Of a DNA stretch of 64,000 nt, positions 30,405-44,089 are shown in pieces (the first letter of the stretch is position 1; each line of letters opens with the position of its first letter). The stretch covers positions 39,370,001 through 39,434,000 of the forward strand of contig NC_043005.1 of the NCBI RefSeq assembly GCF_006345805.1, written 5' to 3'. The notes beneath the pieces were generated by a model that made no database searches, was not told where the DNA came from, and saw only the letters and a program-made list of their open reading frames with translations. A program made the position numbers and the translations under genes. Source of the stretch: Octopus sinensis. Taxonomy: Eukaryota.

Positions 30405-31190
30405 AGGGCGGTGAGCTGGCAGAATCTTTAGCATCCCAGGCGAAATGTTCAAATTCCGCCGAGGTCGACTTTGCCTTTCATCACTTCGGGGTCGATAAAT
30501 TAAGTACCAGTTACGCTCTGGGGTCGATGTAATTGACTTAATCCGTTTGTCCGTCCTGGGTTTGTCCTCTCTGTGTTTAGTCCATTGTGGGTAGTAAAGA
30601 AATAGGTATTTTGTCTGTGCTTACGCTCTAAGTTCAAATTCCGCCGAGGCCGACTTTGCCTTTCATCCTTTCGTGGTTGATAAATTAAGTACCAGTTGCA
30701 TACCGGTATTAATCTTATCGACTGACCCCCTACCCAAAACTTTCGGCCCTTGTACCTAGAGTAGAAAATAATATTTTTGATGTGAAAGCGGTGAGCTGGC
30801 AGAAACGTTAGCACGCCGGACGAAATGCGTAGCCGTATTTCGTCTGCCGTTACGTTTTGAGTTCAAATTCCGCCGAGGTCGACTTTACCTTTCATCCTTT
30901 CGGGGTCAATAAATTAAGTACCAGTTACGCACTGGAGTCGTATAATCGACTTAATCCGTTTGTCTGTCTTTGTTTGTCCCCTCTGTGTTTAGCCACTTGT
31001 GGGTAGTAATGAAATAGGTATTTCATCTGTCTTTACGTTCTAAGTTCAAATTCCACCGAGGCCGACTTTGCTTGGGTCGATAAGTTAAGCACCAGCTGCG
31101 CACTGGGTTTGACCAAATCGCCTGCCCCCCTCACATCGCACAAAATTTCGAGCCTTGTGCCTAGGCTATAGTAGAAACACTTGTTCAAGG
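30405..31190 (+). mobile_element. SINE family A, four tandem or partial units
   Basis: GGCGGTGAGCTGGCAGAA heads at ~30407 and ~30788; four GTTCAAATTCC.CCGAGG.CGACTTT cores. Confidence 0.92.
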
Positions 31191-31719
31191 GGCTCCGCAG
31201 TATGTTTGGGCTCAATTCTTATTTGTCAATTGATTAACTTTACTACCAATTGATTAATCGATTGTTTGATTGATCGTTCAGTCAATTAATCAATCACTTA
31301 TATTTGTCAAAGTATTTTCTTTACCGTTTTGCAACCTCATCAGTGATATGCTTTCTGTACCCCAAGTTTAAGAAGTGAAATATGATCTGTACTTCTGTTA
31401 TTGATATAACGACTCTGACGAGGTGCAAAAAAAAAGAAAAGAGAAATTGTCTTTGCCACTCTTTTCTCTCTACTCATTCCTTATAAATATACCCTCCCAA
31501 CTCTCTTTCTCCAAGTCTTTTAATAAAATTACCTCTCCTTTCTCTCTACAAACTCATTTATACCTTACCCATCTTGCATATATACCACTAAGCAACCAAT
31601 ACCCTCCTACCAAATAAGTTTGAAAATCCATAATAAGCAGAAACTTTGAAGTCACAAAATTTTCTTTGGAAAACTTAAATGCACGCAGAAACGCTCGTAC
31701 ATACACAAAAATTCACAAA

Positions 31720-32060
31720 AAAACAAAAGACGAAGACAAGTGGTATAGTCAACAAACAGATGCATTAGTTTAACGCTTCAGAAGTGAAAAAGTCTTTAAC
31801 GTTTCGAGCCTAAGCTCTTCCACAGAAAGGAACACAGAAAGAAACAAGGAGAGAAAGTAAAGAATGTGTAGTGGCTAGCGATCTATCATGGCGAAGGCTG
31901 GACAGAGAGGTACCAAAAAAGTTTTGAAAGCACAAAAATGTTAAGAAAGGTTCAAAAGGTTCAAAAATTTCAAATGTGGTGGTGTATTGGAACGATTGCT
32001 CATCAACAGAGGAGCCCAGTGTAATCCATGGGCAGAAGAGGTGCAACTGAATTGTACGAG
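31720..32060 (-). mobile_element. Penelope-like element 3' end / pseudo-LTR
   Basis: Homologous to 27001-27170 and 56020-56185, including the hammerhead motif. Confidence 0.6.
31794..31829 (-). ncRNA. Minimal hammerhead-like motif, variant core (copy 2)
   Basis: CTTT-CTGTGGA-A-GAGC-TTAG-GCTC-GAA-ACGT-T-AAAG. Confidence 0.55.
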
Positions 32061-32168
32061 AGTATGTGTGAATGTGTATGTATGTGTGTATGTATGTAGG
32101 TATGTTTGTATGTATGCATGTATGTATGTATGTATGTATGTATGTATGTATGTATGTATGTATGTATA

Positions 32169-32209
<41 letters not shown>

Positions 32210-32889
32210 TACGGACCGGGTTTATAACTGCGTTTCTATTTTTCATTTCTGACGTATATTTTAATAGTAAAAGGTATGAATTGCGTATTTATAAACCATG
32301 TGTGTTCATGGACTTGCACATATCTGGATGAAATATAATATGTCTATGCCGATATTTATATGTTTTTGCTGAAATATATGACGTATGAGATTTCCTATCC
32401 ATGCGATATTGTCCGACTATAATTTTTAGGGACGTATTCAGCACTCCCCTATTCTGCTTCCAATTCTATTTGATGTTGTCTTCTCCTGTTATCTCATAGT
32501 ATTCTATAGCATTGATTAATTGCTTATTTAAGCACTCGAACAAATATTGGATTTTTCTACAGAATAACGTGCTAGTTCACTGGCTTTGGTGTTGAGCTAA
32601 CGATCATTACATCTGGAATCGATTCACGGCCATGTAGGCGTGATTTTTGCTCGAGCACAGCGCCTCGTTTTATGTTGCTACAGTCTACTCAACTAAAAAG
32701 ATTCACAGCATCCAGTGATCCCATTCTGGTTGTTTTGATGGGCCTAGAGGCAAGAGGGCCGAGAGTGTGTTTATTTCTCAAGAATACATAGATATCTACA
32801 AGCTCTTGTTCGTTTGCGAGTGTCTGCTACAGTTTTCTTTTTAAATCAAATGTATATTACTGATGTATTAACGTAATGAGATTGCAAAA

Positions 32890-33430
32890 TCGTTAGTGTG
32901 TCAGATAAAATGCTCAGCGTTATATTTTCCAGTTCTCTATGTTCTTAATTCAAATACGGTCAAGGTCAACTTTGCCTTTAATCCATAGGGTCGATAAAAT
33001 TCGCGCCAATCAAATTGCTGCTTCGTGACACATTTCGAAAAATATTATTGATATATATTTTGTCGATATTAGTGTGGTTCGAAATCGGAATAGAAATAAT
33101 CAAAACTCGATATATGTAATGCGTATAATTACGATAAACTATAGAAATAAGTTAAAGTCACAAATTATGTTAATATTACTACTATTAAATAATAGAGTGG
33201 TTGTAACTTAATAAACGTCCGTTAAATGCTAATACTTAACGGCGTTCTTTTGCGTTTTGATTCAAATCTTTTTAGAATTGATGGACTTTGAAATAATCGG
33301 GCAATGGGAACAATACTTCTGGGATTTCTTCCAGCTTTTTATGTCTCGGATTCTATTCTCTCAGTGGTCAACTTTGCCGTTCATCCCTCTGGGGTAATCA
33401 AAATAAAGTATCAGACAAATATTTAGGATG
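32890..33430 (+). mobile_element. Two decayed SINE family A remnants (~32890-33005 and ~33290-33430)
   Basis: GGTCAACTTTGCCTTTAATCCATAGGGTCGATAAAAT and GGTCAACTTTGCCGTTCATCCCTCTGGGGT. Confidence 0.65.
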
Positions 33431-34299
33431 ATGGTATTATAAAAATAGGATCGCATGCGGTCGTATCGTGTAGGAGACACGGTCGCACGTGGTCATATTC
33501 TTAATGAAATATTACAGACCATATAATACATACAGCGGCAATAGAACACAAGTGGAATGACAACAAGATTTCTTTTTGAGATATATACATTATTTATTTC
33601 ACATATTTTACAATCATGCTGATGTTGGAAGTTTGTAAGTGTTAGCATGTTTTTGTGTCCGTGTGTTCGTGAGAGCGACAGAGCAAATCAGGTGAATGTG
33701 ATTGATATAGAAAAGTTAGTAGCAGATGGCTTAAAGTAGTTCTTAGAAGAACTAGAACTCAAGACAGATAATTGATTTACCGTTTATGAGGTACACGGAG
33801 TGTAAGAGTTCCATACCAAGACGTTGCGTCTCGTAGTTGAGATTAATTGAATCACTTGTGTTTATCTTTCTCTTGATATGAGTATTCTTTCAGATATATT
33901 TACTGTAGCCGTTTTTCCCCTGGTGAGATTTTCACCTAACCGCTAGAGTTGAATCCGTAGTTGTCTTGTGTACAAATTAAATCTTCGTAGATAAAGACGA
34001 CGTTGGCGATGACGTCGTGTCTGTCGCTTGGTTTTTGGAGCGTCTTCATTATATGTTCTGCTTGGTTATTTTTCTCTTGATATAATGGTCGTCGCCTGCC
34101 TTTCGAACTGGATCATGGTCGAGTATGCTCTGTGTGGTCAGAGGTTTAGTCCTGAGGAGGACTAGAACCCAAAGACGAACTCTTGGTCAGGTAAGAGGTT
34201 AGACCTGTGAGAGGACTGAACTCTGTCGAAGGTCATGGTTAGCTGAGGTCTCTAGCCTCTCTTTAGCTATTGCCTAAAAACCAAAGGGTGGTTTGAAAA

Positions 34300-34512
34300 C
34301 ACATTCCTTTATATTTGTTTGGGTGGCTCAAACGAACTTCAGAATGGAAAGCTGTGATTGGCTGCTTGGAACAAATGGCGCGAAAATAAGCGGAGGCAAA
34401 TCGCGTCACGTGACAACCAGCGGTGCGAACGTAGTAGAGACCACTCGTATCACATGTCAATCAGTGGCGCGAAAATAGGTAGAGACAAATCGCGCCACGT
34501 GTCAACCAATCG
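34300..34512 (-). promoter_or_regulatory. Promoter-like module: duplicated E2F-type sites, E-boxes, CCAAT boxes and TATA
   Basis: TGGCGCGAAA at 34376 and 34465; CACGTG in both units; CCAAT at 34357-34361 (minus) and 34506-34510 (plus); TATAAA on minus at 34308-34313. Motif match only. Confidence 0.4.
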
Positions 34513-34856
34513 GATTAGTGTTTACAACAATGTTAAACTAGCGGAAGATGTTTGTAATCTCGAACGAGATTATTCTAAATACTCTTCTCAAACAGTGAAG
34601 ATAGCAATGAGGGAAACGATATTGCTACAGTATCAACAACCACGCTCTCCTGAAAATCTTTGGCTTTGTGTTTGAATTAATGACAATTACCTATAGAAGT
34701 TGTTATAAAGATAATGGCATTTAATGAATGATCGTCGAGCAAGAAATAATATCCATGAAAATTGAATATTAGCTAAGGTTTGTTTCCCTTCAGTTATAGC
34801 TTGCAAATCTTTTATATACATAAATATTTAAATATATAAGTATATGTATGTATACG

Positions 34857-34899
<43 letters not shown>

Positions 34900-35579
34900 A
34901 TGCTGATATAATGTATGTACGTATGTATGAATGTTTGTATGTATATATACATACATACATACGTTCATTATTCGATGTACACACATAATTTCTTTGGTGA
35001 ATGCATAAGAAATTTAGTTCTCTAGTATCAGCTTGTTTCTTTTGCTTCATTTATTTAAACTTATTTAAGGCGTTATACAAAACTATAAAAGCACTCGCAG
35101 AGCGCAGACCTTCGTCGAGCAGCTCATTTCCACCCATATACACGCATGCTGAAAATTACCCAATTTCCCAAACCAACGCCAGCAAAAGCATAACTTCCTT
35201 GGCAGGGTTAAAAAAATAACACAGCCATATGAATTTAAAAAACAACTTTAAAAACAGGAATCATCTGAAGCAGTTATAAAACCTCAATGACAACAGCAAG
35301 CTAGTTTCACCGTACAACGAAAAAAAAAGAACAGTTTCTTAAACGATTAGTGTTAAGATAGATACGCCAGTAAAATTACTAATAGAGAAACGGAAATAAA
35401 CTTTGGAAACAGCAACGCCACCATAGGTTTTGTGGAAACGATGAATATGTTTTCAAGGGAGATAAGCAAAGAATGTAACACTGTAATAATTTTGGCAGGA
35501 AACCAGCAATTTCGTGAGAATGCTTTTAGTCAATTACTTTGGCATCAGTACTCAACAGGTGCTTAAGTCATCGTCTTGG

Positions 35580-35830
35580 AAAAGATGAAGTGAGAAGTAG
35601 ACGTCAGCGACATTTCAGCTAAGTACGTAAAAAACCGGAAGAAATGCTGCTAAGGATTTCGTCCGGTGCGCTAACGATACTGCCAGCTCGGCGCCTTTCA
35701 AAGCCATCGATCGCAGTGCTCAACTGGCACGAAAAATATGAAAAGCAAAGTCAATCTCGGTGAAATTTGAACTCAGAAAGTAAAGCCAGAAGAATTGTCA
35801 TTACGCATTTTGCCTGGTGAACTAACATTA
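35580..35830 (-). mobile_element. Decayed SINE family A remnants
   Basis: CGCTAACGATACTGCCAGCTCG and GAAAAGCAAAGTCAATCTCGGTGAAATTTGAACTCAGAA. Confidence 0.7.
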
Positions 35831-36268
35831 AAGCCAGATCGGCACTTTAAATTAATAGAAATAATAAAAGTCTTAGAGGATACGTTTTACTCCACCAATA
35901 TAAATTTTTTTATCATTCATTCTCTTCTGCAAAATTACTAAAGTTCACGAGCGGCCGAACATGACAGGTTCATTTATAGGTCCGTCGACGAAGTCTACAT
36001 ATGTCGGAATGCACCATGCATAAATGATGAAGACTAATAAGGCAGGAGCATATGCAGAATTGTACTCCTTCCTCCGCGGCACACTATATTGTATTCGTAA
36101 TAATTAATGAAAATCAATGAGTTATTTCAAAATATCTTAATTTAGCTCAAATTATTATGTAAAAAGAATAATTGTTCTCATTAATAAGGCTGATATTTTA
36201 ATTGATTAAAAGATCTTAAATTATTAAATCAAGTATGCTATCCTCCCACTTTATGATGTGTTTGTATG

Positions 36269-36310
<42 letters not shown>

Positions 36311-36553
36311 CGTATATATGTGTATACACACACACACATAGGCCTAGTTAAGATATAATTCTAGATGTGGGAGTATACGTATATGTGTGTATTTGTGTAA
36401 AGTCATATAATGTGTGCATCCCTGTGCGCATGTGTACTCATGCGTGTATAGTTGTGTTTGCGTCTCTGTGTGAGTAAATGATTTGTCGATGTATGCACGT
36501 GCATATACACTCACAAACGCATGCACGCACACATGCATACATACACACACACC

Positions 36554-36589
<36 letters not shown>

Positions 36590-37034
36590 TGAATGTAAGG
36601 ATGGATGTATGTATGTATGGATGTATGTATGGATGTATGCGTGTATGTATAGTTTCCGATACACTAATTCTACATATTAGATTTCATAATTACATGTTTA
36701 TTAGATCAAGTTACACATTGATGTGAGACTAATTCTATACACGAGTGTATATACATATGAAAGTAGTTTTGTGTCTGTGTACATGTGTAAGTGCTTGATA
36801 TGGTACAAACGGAACCGCGCGTTTATATAAATGTATATGCGTGAGTGTACACACATACACACACACACACACACACACAAACATACACACTCGTACATTT
36901 CTGTGAAAGTGAAGCTAATATTGTTAACTTCGAAATTATCTCAGTTTGTTATACTTTATTTTTTTCCACTTTAGCTTTCCTTTTTGTAATTTGTCATTTG
37001 TTCTCGCCGAAAACATGTACACACGTGAATACAC

Positions 37035-38119
<1,085 letters not shown>

Positions 38120-38819
38120 TTGTAATAACAAAAAACATTTCTTTTGTTTTTTTTTAGTTATTCAATGATTTGATCTGTAATTACAGTTGTAATCGTCGCA
38201 GTTATTTTCGTAAAAAAATTAACCAAGAAAAAAAAAGAGTAGAATAAGAGAGAAGGGGGTGGCGTGTCGGTAATTGCTTCTGAGAAAGCCACGTGATATT
38301 CAAATATCATGGCAGCCGATAATATTGACAAGCAACAAGAAGCTAACAGGAAACCGCTATATTAGGTTTTAATGGATTCCATTTTGCTTAACGGAATCTT
38401 ACAACTCTTGCACATACTTTTGAATAAACCATCGGATTACACAAACAATGTAGGACATATGAAGATGGGTTTGTATGGTGTAGCGAGGTATGCTTTGGTG
38501 TAGTGTTCTTCTTTTAGTAGTCGTGTACTTCGCATTTTCCTTAATTGTAATGCACCGGATAGATTTGCTACAAACTCTCTTCTTTCTTTCTAAGCAAATA
38601 CTGCTCACACATTGAAGAATATGATGCTTGATTAAAATGTTATTCCAGTAATATTAACCCTGTTTATAGATTTGCTCTAAATTCTCATCGCTGCTCGTCG
38701 TACTTTTAATTGAGAAAGAACTAGTATTTACTTACTGACTGACTGACTGACTGACTGACTGACTGACTGCTTGACAGTGATTGACATATATTTGTTGCTA
38801 TTAATATTTAAGTAGAATT

Positions 38820-39075
38820 CTTCGTGTTTTTATTATTATTATTCCAAGTTGAGCTTCGTCAGAGTCAACTTTGCCTTCTGTCATTCAGATATTTCATAGC
38901 TAACATTATGCGCCAGTTAAATGCTGAATAGATATAGTTATTTTTAATGTACGGTTAGTATCGGACAAAATGCCCTCTCGTGTTTGTTCCGGCTCATTAC
39001 ATCCTCAGTTCAAATAACGCAGCAGTCAACCTTTTTCTTTCATCCTTTCGAGGTCAATAAGATATGGTATAAATT
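38820..39075 (+). mobile_element. Two decayed SINE family A remnants
   Basis: AGAGTCAACTTTGCCTTC and GTTCAAATAACGCAGCAGTCAAC...TTTCATCCTTTCGAGGTCAATAA. Confidence 0.6.
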
Positions 39076-39084
39076 AAATCGTCT

Positions 39085-40078
39085 AAACGCTCTTCTTCTG
39101 AAACATTTTTGATGATGCTTTTGATTTATGTTCGCACCACTTTTTTGCTATGTCAATTCCATACTTGGTGCATTATCATGACGTCTCTTATATTCTTTAT
39201 GGGCTAGTGACGTACATTGACTGGTACATTGACGTACATTGACATACAGTTTCACCATTTTGCCCACAAATTCTCCACATATCACTTTCTGATGTGTTGT
39301 CTATTCTGTATTTGATGTAATTCGTTCTTAATGCTTGCTATTGGGCAGCACAATTTAGAGCCTCCGTTTCCGGTTTTAAATCACTTTTAGTCATCCACAA
39401 CCATATTTTTTCTCTGTCTTATCCTCAATATCCCTATGAAATTATCCATGCATTCTTTTCTTTATCCACCTATTTTCAGTTTCATTCATTCTCAAGTGTT
39501 TGTACTGTGCTTTATATATGCAATCTTCTATCCTACACAAGACTGACTTTTTTACATCCAATAATAGCGATTCTGTGGTATTTTTATATACCATGCTATG
39601 TTGTTTTCTTCTGCTCTGATGCTGTTTTCGCATCCAATCTGTCCTCTTCCTCTTCTTTCTCGTGGTACATACAGTGTGTCTATGTCACTTTTTAGGTGGA
39701 GTATCCCATATCTAGTCAGCAACTTCTTTCCCTTTTTGTCTAAACTGTTTAGTTCGTCTACTGTCCACGAGATTACCCCTACTCCATATCTAAAGCGTAA
39801 AACCGTCCAGGGGTTTGTAGCTTCAATCTTATTCTGTCCGTTTAATTTCGACTTATGGGTCAGTTTCAGTCTGCGCAAGTACTCCACATTACATTCTTCT
39901 GTCATTGCTTTCTCCATCAATTTATCCATTTCCAATATCCCCAAGTACTTATAGTCCATCTCTTCTATCTGCTTCATAACCTCCCCCGATGATATTGCTA
40001 GCTCGTCCATACATTTGATTTTGCCTCCCTTCAAGACTAACACATCACACTTTCTCACTCCGATCTCCATTCTCCATT
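39085..40078 (-). mobile_element. R4/Dong-type non-LTR retrotransposon fragment C
   Basis: Minus strand YKYLGILE, RYGVGVISWTVDELNSLD, LHLKSDIDTLYVPRERRGRG, KRMHG, KSDLKPETEAL..AAQ.QALRTN, RICG. Confidence 0.88.
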
Positions 40079-40178
40079 CTGAGAATATTATTGCTATTAT
40101 TATTGTTATTATTATTATTGTTGTTGTTGTTGTTGTTGTTATTAGTAGTAGTACTATATTTTTTTTACTATTATTATT

Positions 40179-40643
40179 GAGTAAGAGAGCAGTGCATGCC
40201 ATCAAAGTGACACTGGGGTAACATATACGAAGCCCAATATATCCATTATGAATATCCATCTGATAAGGATACACCAGACACGTACATCACAAACATATGT
40301 GCACGAAATGGTGATCTCGTATGAAAATAATCAGTGCATGAACTTGCAGTTGGGATCCAGATATAGTTCTTTTCAGGTCGATTAGACCATCCCGCAAAAA
40401 AGGTCCCTGAATCAGCGATATTTAAGGATGTTGAAACACCCATATATCCAGAAGTGAATTATCCAAACCCAAAAGAATTCCTCTCAACGAATCGCTATGA
40501 TGCTCCGTCACTACATCTGCACGTAATCAGAGATGCACATATCGTCAGCCGCAAAGGGACATGCTCAACTGCTTAAGGTCAAACAACTGACAAGCAAATA
40601 TGTGGTATTGAGCAGGATATTTGTTGTAGCCCATCTTTTACAC

Positions 40644-40645
<2 letters not shown>
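40179..40645 (-). mobile_element. ~550-bp TAA-anchored unclassified element, copy 5 (5'-truncated ~80 bp)
   Basis: Reverse complement of the 45959-46505 family; (TTA)n on both sides. Confidence 0.9.
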
Positions 40646-40706
<61 letters not shown>

Positions 40707-40737
40707 CATCATCATCATTATTATTATTATTATTATT

Positions 40738-41285
40738 GAGTGAGAGAGCAGTGCATGACATCAAAGTGACACTGCTGTAAAATATACGAAGCCTAGTATA
40801 CCCATCGTGACTACCCGTCTGATAACGGTACATTACGCACATGCATAACAAACATATGTGCACGACATGGTGATCTCATATCAAGATAAACAGCACCATG
40901 ACCTTGCAAGTGGGACCTAATTAGAATTTTCTTCTGGTCGACTAATCCATCCTGCTCAAAAGGTCCCTGAATAAAGGTTGTTTAAGGATGTTGAACGAAA
41001 CATCCATGTTTCCAGAGGTGAATTATTCAAACCCCAAAGAATTCCTCTCAACACATGGCTATGATGCTCCCCCACTACTTCAGCTCGTGATCAGAGATGC
41101 ACATATCGTCAGCCACTAAGGGACATGCTCAACTGGTTAAGGTCAAGCAACTGACACGCAAATCTGTGATATTGAGCAGAATATTTGCTGTAGCCCATCT
41201 TTTATACCAAGACAAAACAATGTACATGATAACACTTCCAATCAGTTAGGATGAGAAGCTATGAAATCCACTGCCTGGTACTGCA
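40738..41285 (-). mobile_element. ~550-bp TAA-anchored unclassified element, copy 4
   Basis: Same family; flanked by (TTA)n on both sides. Confidence 0.92.
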
Positions 41286-41324
41286 CTATTATTATTGTTG
41301 TTGTTGCTGTTGCTGTTGTTGTTG

Positions 41325-41400
<76 letters not shown>

Positions 41401-41402
41401 CA

Positions 41403-41600
41403 TTACCTCCGCCTAAGTGAAGGCGGAGGTATTGTGTTCAGTCGTATTTGTTTGTTTATCGGTGGACAAGATATCGCAAAAAATGCTGGATGAATTCCGA
41501 TAAAACTTTCATGGATGTTTGGCCTTGTTACTGGCATGGTGTCGTTAGATTTTGGGATCGATTCAGTACCGAATAAGGATTCTGGATTATTTTTTTATAT
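41403..41600 (+). mobile_element. Helentron/DINE-1-like non-autonomous element, 5' part
   Basis: Terminal hairpin TACCTCCGCCT-AAGTGA-AGGCGGAGGTA (11-bp stem) at a TTA junction, then GTTTGTTT-rich and GGAT..ATTCC.AT.AAACTT segments typical of such elements. Confidence 0.55.
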
Positions 41601-41964
41601 TTTCTCTACTTTATATGCATATGTAAAGTTTCACATAGTTATCCTGTACCTGCACACATACACACATATACTCACACATTTTCAGCGTTGAATATTGCCA
41701 ACTCATTTCCATTGTACACACACATACACGCATGCAAACATAGATCTCTTTTACACACGCATATACTCACACTTCAAACGCCGTTTATCGGCTTTTTCAC
41801 TCCTTCGCCCTTTCTCATTCACACGACGCTGTCTTTGCCACTTAGTTTCGTCTTTCTCATTGTCATTACTTTTTCTCACTCCCTCTCAGTCATGGCTATT
41901 ACTCTCACTAATTCTCCTTCACTGTATTAGCGTTTAATCTCCTTTCACTTTACTTCTCAGGCAA

Positions 41965-42287
41965 TATTCTTTCATTCTCTCACTTGTTTCAGTCATTTGA
42001 CTGCGGCCATGTTGGAGCACCGCCTTTAGTCGAACAAATCGACCCCGGGACTTATTCTTTGTAAGCTCAGTACTTGTTGTATCGGTCTCTTTTTGCCGAA
42101 CCGCTAAGTGACGGGGACGTAAACACACCAGCATCGGTTGTCAAGCAATGCTAGGGGAACAAACACAGACACACAAACACAGACGCATACATATATATAT
42201 ACATATATACGACAGGCTTCTTTCAATTTCCGTCTACCAAATCCAAGGCATTGGTCGGCCCGGGGCTATAGCAGAAGACACTTGTAA
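41965..42287 (-). mobile_element. SINE family B lacking its tRNA head
   Basis: CACTTGTTTCAGTCATTTGACTGCGGCCATGTTGGAGCACCGCCTTTAGTCGA tail through GGCTATAGCAGAAGACACTTG. Confidence 0.92.
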
Positions 42288-43420
42288 CAGCTCTACTGGG
42301 TACTCCGTACTGGGTATTCTGATTTCTTTTATATTCCTCTTGGTGCTTTCTGATACTGTCCCCAAGAAGCCAAAATATTGGTACTCTCTTCCCCTTCTTT
42401 TCTTTTATATTCCTCTTGGTGCTTTCTGATACTGTCCCCAAGAAGCCAAAAATAATTGGTACTATCTTCCCCTTCTTCCTTTTCCAGAGCCGGACTATAT
42501 CGTACTTAAGAGGGTTGCATTGATCTATTTTTTCACCTTCCTTCTTGAGTGTTGGTGGATCAAAGGGGTATGCAACATCAGCTATATAGAACATGTGGTG
42601 CATCTTGTCAACTACCACTAGGTCCGGTCTGTTATGCTCTAGCACCTGATCTGTTTGGATTGGGAAGTTCTCGAGTCCGCCACTCATTACGGTTTGTGCT
42701 CATACCACGTCTTGCCTCTCTCTGCAATTCTAAGGTATTCGTTCGTGATATGGGCAATGGCTTCATCCACTCTATTACAGATGCGGCACAGTGGACAAAC
42801 TTTCTCATTCCTAAGGTTGACTCGCCAATTTGTTGCCAAAGCTTAATCTTGCACCACCAGAATAGAGCTCTCGGTCTCTTTTTTCAGTGGTCCTCTCTGC
42901 AGCCAATCCCACATAAGTTTTCAAGCAACTTCTGTTGTAGCTACATGGGATTGACTGTGTAGTCCCTTTTTGTGTAAATGCTTCCTCATGTCCTTTTTGT
43001 ACTTCTTCCTTTGTTTTTCCAAATTCTCCATTCTTAACTGACACTAGCAAGGTTTCCTTATTTTTGGACAGGGATTTCATTAAGCTTTTAAGTTTGATAT
43101 GTACACAGTCTTCCACGCTTATCAGTCCCCTTCCTCCATTTGCTCTCTCCATGTATACGCGATCAGTGTCTGCATGTGGATGGTGAGCTCCATGCATCGT
43201 TAGGAGCTTTCTTGTCTTTTGTCCATCTCCTTTAGCTCCCCCTCTCTCCACTTTAGGATTCCAGCGCCATACCGAACTACTGTAACTGCGCTTGGAAGAA
43301 CTAAATTTAAGGATTCTGAGGTTTTGAACTTAATAACAAAACTAATTAACTTAGTATATGCCCAATTCGATTTTCTTGCAGAATATATCATCGTAAACAA
43401 TGCCAAGACATCCCAAGTCA
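42288..43420 (-). mobile_element. R4/Dong-type fragment D
   Basis: YGAGILKW, RKLLTMHGAHHPHADTDRVYMERANGGRGLISVEDCV, HNRPDLVVVDK...IADVAYPFD (REL endonuclease). Contains a 76-bp tandem duplication at ~42327-42478. Confidence 0.9.
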
Positions 43421-44089
43421 CTTTTAAAAGTACAGCTATGAATTCTCACTTACATATACATGTACGTACATGTACATATATTTACACACATCTTTACATA
43501 AATATATAATACATGCAAGAACAGAGATTTTGGCGAAGTTAGAAAATATTTTTCAGGAAGTCCATCGAGTAAAAGTTACCATTATTCAATAAGTAACATA
43601 TCTGAGCTAATAAATAAATATTCGTTATAATAAACTAGAGTCAAAATAGTGAACTGTCAATGACAATGTCTGTATACATTAGATTCATTTGAAGTAGGTG
43701 TCGTCTGCCACCGTGAACAAAATATATGAGAACTGTAATTCATATTGACTTTATCTCCACAAGAATCAATGTTACCATCTTCGGTAAGAAAATAACCATT
43801 TTCATTAATAGAAACTTCTTAGAGGTTTTAGTCTTTATTTCTTTTCCTTTATTCATTCTTTTATATTATTTTATTATTTTTTCGATATTATTTTCATTCT
43901 GTAATATCTCATGATAATCTAAAATAACTATATAAGATATAAGATACATCGATAATTATTTTCCATGACTAGGAACAAGAGCCACGTTACATTTTATTAA
44001 GAAAACGGCGCGAGAGAAATATAGTGGATGGAATTATTCTCTGAACAAAAAGGTACACTGTACAGAATAGGTCAATAACACAGGTTTGT

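Noticed and set aside
33801-34526. Solo LTR (TGTAA...TTACA termini)
   Set aside because: No target-site duplication at these ends, no PBS/PPT and no second copy; kept only as an alternative explanation of the promoter-like module.
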